A DNA stretch of 63,254 nucleotides, counting the filler. It is 5 parts of 5 records of this genome, joined end to end, with 100 filler letters (N's around TTAATTAATTAA, not from the genome) between each part and the next. Parts side by side here need not be neighbours in the genome. Positions count along the whole stretch, not along the records: positions 57,831 to 63,254 come from SRR31156797_994; 4 more parts are not named here. One strand, given 5' to 3'. A model generated the notes under the pieces. The model was not told the origin of the DNA. It ran no database searches and worked only from the letters and a program-made list of their open reading frames with translations. Each line of letters starts with the position of its first letter. Within the stretch, counting starts at the first letter, position 1. A program made the position numbers and the translations under genes. This document shows, one piece after another, positions 59,262 through 63,254 of this stretch.

Positions 59262-60326
59262 TTAAGCCTCACTTTTCATTTCATGTAATTTGTCAATAAT
59301 TTCTCTAGGTTCTGGAACGACTCCGCCTGTTCTGCCATAGAATTCTACATTCTTTAATCCGTTAACCGCCAGACGAACATCCTCTACCATCTGACCAGTA
59401 CTCATTTCAACCGCTAGGACTGCCTTAATATGTTCCTTTTTTGCCCATGAGTTAATTATTTCACTTGGGAAAGGCCACAGAGTAATCGGTCTGATAAGCC
59501 CGATGTTCAGCCCTTCTTCCTCAGCAATTTCTATCACAGATTTTATTATTCTAGAAGTTGTACCATATGCAACAACAATTATCTCTGCATTCTCGCAGTT
59601 AACAACTTCAGCCATAGTTTCTTTTTCTTTTATTATTTCATATTTTTCATATCTGTCCCTAATCTGCTTTTCCAATACATCCGATTGGATATAAAGTGAA
59701 TTTATCAGATTGCAGTCTCTTTTATTATGTGTACCTGTTATTGCCCATGTTTTCTCTGGAAGCTGACGCTTTTGCTTCTTAGTAAATGCTACTGGCTCCA
59801 TCATCTGCCCCAGCATACCATCACCCAGAATCATCGTAGGTATCCTGTATGCATCAGCAATATCAAAAGCCTCCGTTGTAAGGTCAACTACTTCCTGAAC
59901 TGTACTTGGAGCAAGTACCACCATATGATAGTCACCATGTCCTCCCCCCTTTACTGCCTGAAAGTAATCGGACTGTGCAGGCTGAATGCCTCCTAGTCCC
60001 GGACTGCATCGCACAATGTTTACAATAACACATGGAAGATCTGCTCCCGCAATGTAGGATATACCCTCCTGCTTTAAGCTTATCCCAGGGCTGGATGACG
60101 ATGTCATAACTCGTACACCAGTTCCTGCTGCTCCATATACCATATTTATTGCACTAACTTCTGATTCTGCCTGCAGATATACTCCATCTACCAGTAGCAA
60201 CTTCTTTGCCATGTATGCAGGCAATTCATTCTGCGGAGTTATAGGATAGCCAAAAAAATATCGGCAGCCTGCCCTGATAGCTGCTTCCCCGAGGGCTTCA
60301 TTGCCCTTCATCAATATTTTATCCAT
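59262..60326 (-). CDS. vorB: 2-oxoacid:ferredoxin oxidoreductase alpha subunit (3-methyl-2-oxobutanoate dehydrogenase VorB-like)
   Basis: GNEA, GYPITPQ, QAESE, TSSSSPG.SLKQE, GGGHGD. Confidence 0.85.
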   Translation of the reverse strand: MDKILMKGNEALGEAAIRAGCRYFFGYPITPQNELPAYMAKKLLLVDGVYLQAESEVSAINMVYGAAGTGVRVMTSSSSPGISLKQEGISYIAGADLPCVIVNIVRCSPGLGGIQPAQSDYFQAVKGGGHGDYHMVVLAPSTVQEVVDLTTEAFDIADAYRIPTMILGDGMLGQMMEPVAFTKKQKRQLPEKTWAITGTHNKRDCNLINSLYIQSDVLEKQIRDRYEKYEIIKEKETMAEVVNCENAEIIVVAYGTTSRIIKSVIEIAEEEGLNIGLIRPITLWPFPSEIINSWAKKEHIKAVLAVEMSTGQMVEDVRLAVNGLKNVEFYGRTGGVVPEPREIIDKLHEMKSEA

Positions 60327-60543
60327 TACCAACCTCCTTCTCCACCTTAATTACAACGTCCGGACAAATAGTTGCACAGAATGCACAGGCTATACAATCG
60401 TCTTGATTAGTAATCTTTGCAATATTGTAACCCTTTTGATTAATTTCATCATCTAATAATACTATAATGCCTTTGGGACACACACTGACGCATAGTCCGC
60501 AGCCTTTACAAAGGCTGGTATCAAATGTGACTTTTGTTTTCAT
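60319..60543 (-). CDS. 2x[4Fe-4S] ferredoxin-like delta subunit
   Basis: CKGCGLCVSVCP and CIACAFCATICP. Confidence 0.92.
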   Translation of the reverse strand: MKTKVTFDTSLCKGCGLCVSVCPKGIIVLLDDEINQKGYNIAKITNQDDCIACAFCATICPDVVIKVEKEVGNG

Positions 60544-61217
60544 TAGTCGTCCTTTCTCCATACTGGAACCATATAAATTTCAAGAGGAAAAACTTTATCT
60601 CCATAATGCTTTGTTAATTCCTCGCATAAGTCTCTTTTACAAGTAATATATTTTATAGGAATCAAAAGCTTCTTTCCTGATTCTTCAACCATATCCATGC
60701 TCCTAAGTATCATATCAATGTTTGTTTCATATGACAGATTTGTGTTATTAATTAGGTGAGTTATTCTTAGTCTGGAATTATACTCAATACCTTTTGCCAT
60801 CTCAATAATACCATCTACTGTATTAGTAAATGGTCTTAAGGTATTTACCACCATAAACATATTATATTCAAGGTCTTTAAATTTAGGAAAATATCTGGAT
60901 AGTGCCCTAGCCCCTTCTGGGTCACCTCCTACATCAAATATTACATATGTATCATTATCTTTGTTGAATACTCCTCCCACTTCCTGTGATAAAGCTGGAA
61001 GGTCTAAATTCGTATTGGCAAATCTAGGAGCGATTAGCTTGATATCATGCTCACTTAGCATCTCTCCTACCTCTGCAGAGCGAAAAAAGGGATTGACGAT
61101 ATCAAGGTCAACCAGCACAACTTCCTTTTTTTCTTTCGCCAGACTAATTGCATAGTTTAGAGAAACTTCAGTTTTTCCGCTGCCATAATGACCAACAAAT
61201 ATATTGATTTTTTTCAT
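60543..61217 (-). CDS. Uncharacterised P-loop ATP-binding protein (MinD/CobQ-like fold)
   Basis: GHYGSGKT, DLDIVNPFFRS, DVGGD; translationally coupled to the delta subunit. Confidence 0.8.
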   Translation of the reverse strand: MKKINIFVGHYGSGKTEVSLNYAISLAKEKKEVVLVDLDIVNPFFRSAEVGEMLSEHDIKLIAPRFANTNLDLPALSQEVGGVFNKDNDTYVIFDVGGDPEGARALSRYFPKFKDLEYNMFMVVNTLRPFTNTVDGIIEMAKGIEYNSRLRITHLINNTNLSYETNIDMILRSMDMVEESGKKLLIPIKYITCKRDLCEELTKHYGDKVFPLEIYMVPVWRKDD

Positions 61218-61403
61218 AATATCACCACTAATACCAAGCATAGTTAGTATTATAACAAATTAAAAAATAGATAACAATATAAGTGTTTCCTACTATTATA
61301 GTTTTCACCTAATTTACATAAATCATTACTTTATAAAAACCAATAACTATCCACTATATTGTTAGTACTACTAATAATATCACAGATTATTAAATAAAAC
61401 AAA

Positions 61404-61431
61404 TTGACTTTATCCTGCTGTATGCTATTAT
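61404..61431 (+). promoter_or_regulatory. SigmaA promoter with extended -10
   Basis: TTGACT-N16-TATTAT, with TG one base before the -10 hexamer. Confidence 0.6.
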
Positions 61432-61468
61432 ACAAATAAATGTCTTGTCAAAGAAAGGAAACGACCTG

Positions 61469-63166
61469 ATGGATACACAAAATACTGGATTATGGAATTT
61501 AACAATGGGTGAAGTGCTTCATAAAATAGCAAAACTTTACCCAGACCATCCTGCCATTATTTATGGTGATCAGGATTTTCATAGGACATACAGAGAATTT
61601 GATGAGGAAACTGACCGTATAGCCAGAGGATTACTGGCTATAGGTGTAAAAAAAGGTGACAATGTAGCAATCTGGGCTACGAACTATCCACAGTGGATAT
61701 TAGCACAGTTTGCAACTGCCAAAATCGGTGCTGTTTTAGTCACTGTAAATACCAACTACAAAATATTTGAGGCTGAATATCTGCTGCGGCAGTCTGATTC
61801 TTCAACGTTAATTCTGAGTGACGGCTTCAAGGATACAAACTATATGGATATAGTATTTGAGCTTTGCCCTGAGCTTAATAATAGTAAAAAAGGTAAAAAA
61901 GGCAGCCTTATTTCACAGCGTCTTCCAAGGCTAAAAAGAATTATCTCCCTCAAACCTGCTAATCACCATAATATATATAATTGGGATGAATTGGAATTAT
62001 CTGCTGACAATGTATCACCTGACAAATTACATGACATTAAAAATAGCCTTGACCCCCACGATACAATAAATATTCAATATACATCCGGAACAACTGGATT
62101 CCCTAAGGGAGTAATGCTTACTCATTACAATATAGTTAACAATGGCAAAAATATCGGTGACTGCCTCCATTTCACAAAGGACGACAGACTGTGTATTCCA
62201 GTACCGTTTTTCCACTGCTTTGGATGCGTTCTGGGCATATTAGCATCAGTTACTCATGGTACTACTATGGTTCCTGTAGATCATTACAATCCAATCACTG
62301 TAATGAAAGCAATTAGTGAAAAAAAGTGTACCGCACTCCATGGAGTACCAACGATGTTTATTGGTATCTTATCCAATAAAGACTTTGATAAATATGATTT
62401 CAGTAATCTTAGAACAGGTATAATGGCTGGTTCACCATGTCCTGAGAGCGTTATGCGGGAAGTAATAGATAAAATGAATATGAGCGAAATAACAATAGCC
62501 TATGGTCAGACAGAAGCTGCACCAGTATGTACTCAGACTACATATGATGATACATTAGAGCACAGAGTATCAACCGTTGGAGCTGCTCTGCCATATGTAG
62601 AGTGTCGTATCGTTGACCCAAAGACAAATGAAGAATTGTCCGTAGGAATGCAAGGCGAATTCGTTGCTAGAGGCTATAACATAATGAAAGGCTATTACAA
62701 TATGGCAGATGCTACAAATCTGGCAATAGATGAGGGCGGCTGGCTGCATACTGGTGATCTGGCAACAATGGACAGCGACGGCTACTTCAAAATCACAGGG
62801 CGTATAAAGGATATGATTATCCGTGGCGGCGAAAACATCTATCCTAAGGAAATTGAAGAATTTCTATACACTGTTGATGGTATCTCAGATGTACAAGTTG
62901 TAGGTGTTCCAGATAAACATTATGGTGAACAAGTAGGTGCATTCATTATAAAAAAGGAGAATACCAGTCTTAACTTAAACGATATACAGGAGGCTGTCAG
63001 GAAAAACATGGCAAGGCATAAAGTACCTAAGTATGTGTTCTTTGTAGATAAATTCCCACTGACTGCCAGCGGCAAAATCCAAAAGTATAAACTGAGGAAG
63101 ACAGCTGCAAAGGAATTAAACCTTGCTGAAGATGATTTGAATGATAATCCTATTATGGATGTATAG
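61469..63166 (+). CDS. AMP-binding acyl-CoA synthetase
   Basis: YTSGTTGFPKG, YGQTE, TGDL, GRIKDMIIRGGENIYP, SGKIQK; start ATG 61469 after AAAGGA. Confidence 0.92.
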   Translation: MDTQNTGLWNLTMGEVLHKIAKLYPDHPAIIYGDQDFHRTYREFDEETDRIARGLLAIGVKKGDNVAIWATNYPQWILAQFATAKIGAVLVTVNTNYKIFEAEYLLRQSDSSTLILSDGFKDTNYMDIVFELCPELNNSKKGKKGSLISQRLPRLKRIISLKPANHHNIYNWDELELSADNVSPDKLHDIKNSLDPHDTINIQYTSGTTGFPKGVMLTHYNIVNNGKNIGDCLHFTKDDRLCIPVPFFHCFGCVLGILASVTHGTTMVPVDHYNPITVMKAISEKKCTALHGVPTMFIGILSNKDFDKYDFSNLRTGIMAGSPCPESVMREVIDKMNMSEITIAYGQTEAAPVCTQTTYDDTLEHRVSTVGAALPYVECRIVDPKTNEELSVGMQGEFVARGYNIMKGYYNMADATNLAIDEGGWLHTGDLATMDSDGYFKITGRIKDMIIRGGENIYPKEIEEFLYTVDGISDVQVVGVPDKHYGEQVGAFIIKKENTSLNLNDIQEAVRKNMARHKVPKYVFFVDKFPLTASGKIQKYKLRKTAAKELNLAEDDLNDNPIMDV

Positions 63167-63193
63167 AAAATAATATCTGAGACTGTAACAAAA

Positions 63194-63243
63194 TGGACCT
63201 GTTGACAAAGCAATGATTTATGAGCTATTTGTCAACAGGTCCA
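63194..63243. repeat. Perfect 16-bp inverted repeat
   Basis: TGGACCTGTTGACAAA-N18-TTTGTCAACAGGTCCA. Confidence 0.75.
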
Positions 63244-63254
63244 ATTATTTACAG

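Noticed and set aside
1-63254. CRISPR arrays, rRNA genes, intact transposases or integrases
   Set aside because: None seen. The repeated TTAATTAATTAA is an assembly linker.

Overview
The window is not one locus. It is five unrelated contigs joined by 100-nt N spacers, each carrying a TTAATTAATTAA all-frame stop linker (19388-19487, 26348-26447, 45249-45348, 57731-57830). Taxonomic labels are inferences from gene content, promoter motifs and base composition. (1) 1-19387, uncertain lineage: two GH13 lipoproteins, a Na+/solute symporter, a four-helix-bundle gene, a divergent degV-degV-fakA-plsY operon, a TPR histidine kinase, a lipid kinase and acpP-fabH-fabG-fabF-fabZ. (2) 19488-26347, Bacteroidota-like: PSP1/RicT protein, PAS kinase with receiver, O-methyltransferase, M16 peptidase and a partial tRNA. 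(3) 26448-45248, Desulfobacterota-like: crcB with a DUF190/CBS gene, nifV, nifA, nifENB with divergent sigma54 promoters, an MCP-hemerythrin fusion and lactate dehydrogenase subunits. (4) 45349-57730, Arcobacter-like and AT-rich: sorAB-type sulfite dehydrogenase, araC-azlCD, ldh, an MFS transporter and an AT-rich island. (5) 57831-63254, Clostridia-like: a 2-oxoacid:ferredoxin oxidoreductase operon and an acyl-CoA synthetase. The best candidate for an undescribed system is the island in contig 4. It is an overlapping two-gene operon encoding a NACHT/STAND NTPase (pentapeptide-like and wHTH-like C-terminus) and a RelA/SpoT small alarmone synthetase-like protein (52736-55739), followed by a frameshifted DUF2779-like remnant. 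It looks like an NLR-like sensor paired with a toxSAS-type effector for anti-phage defence.
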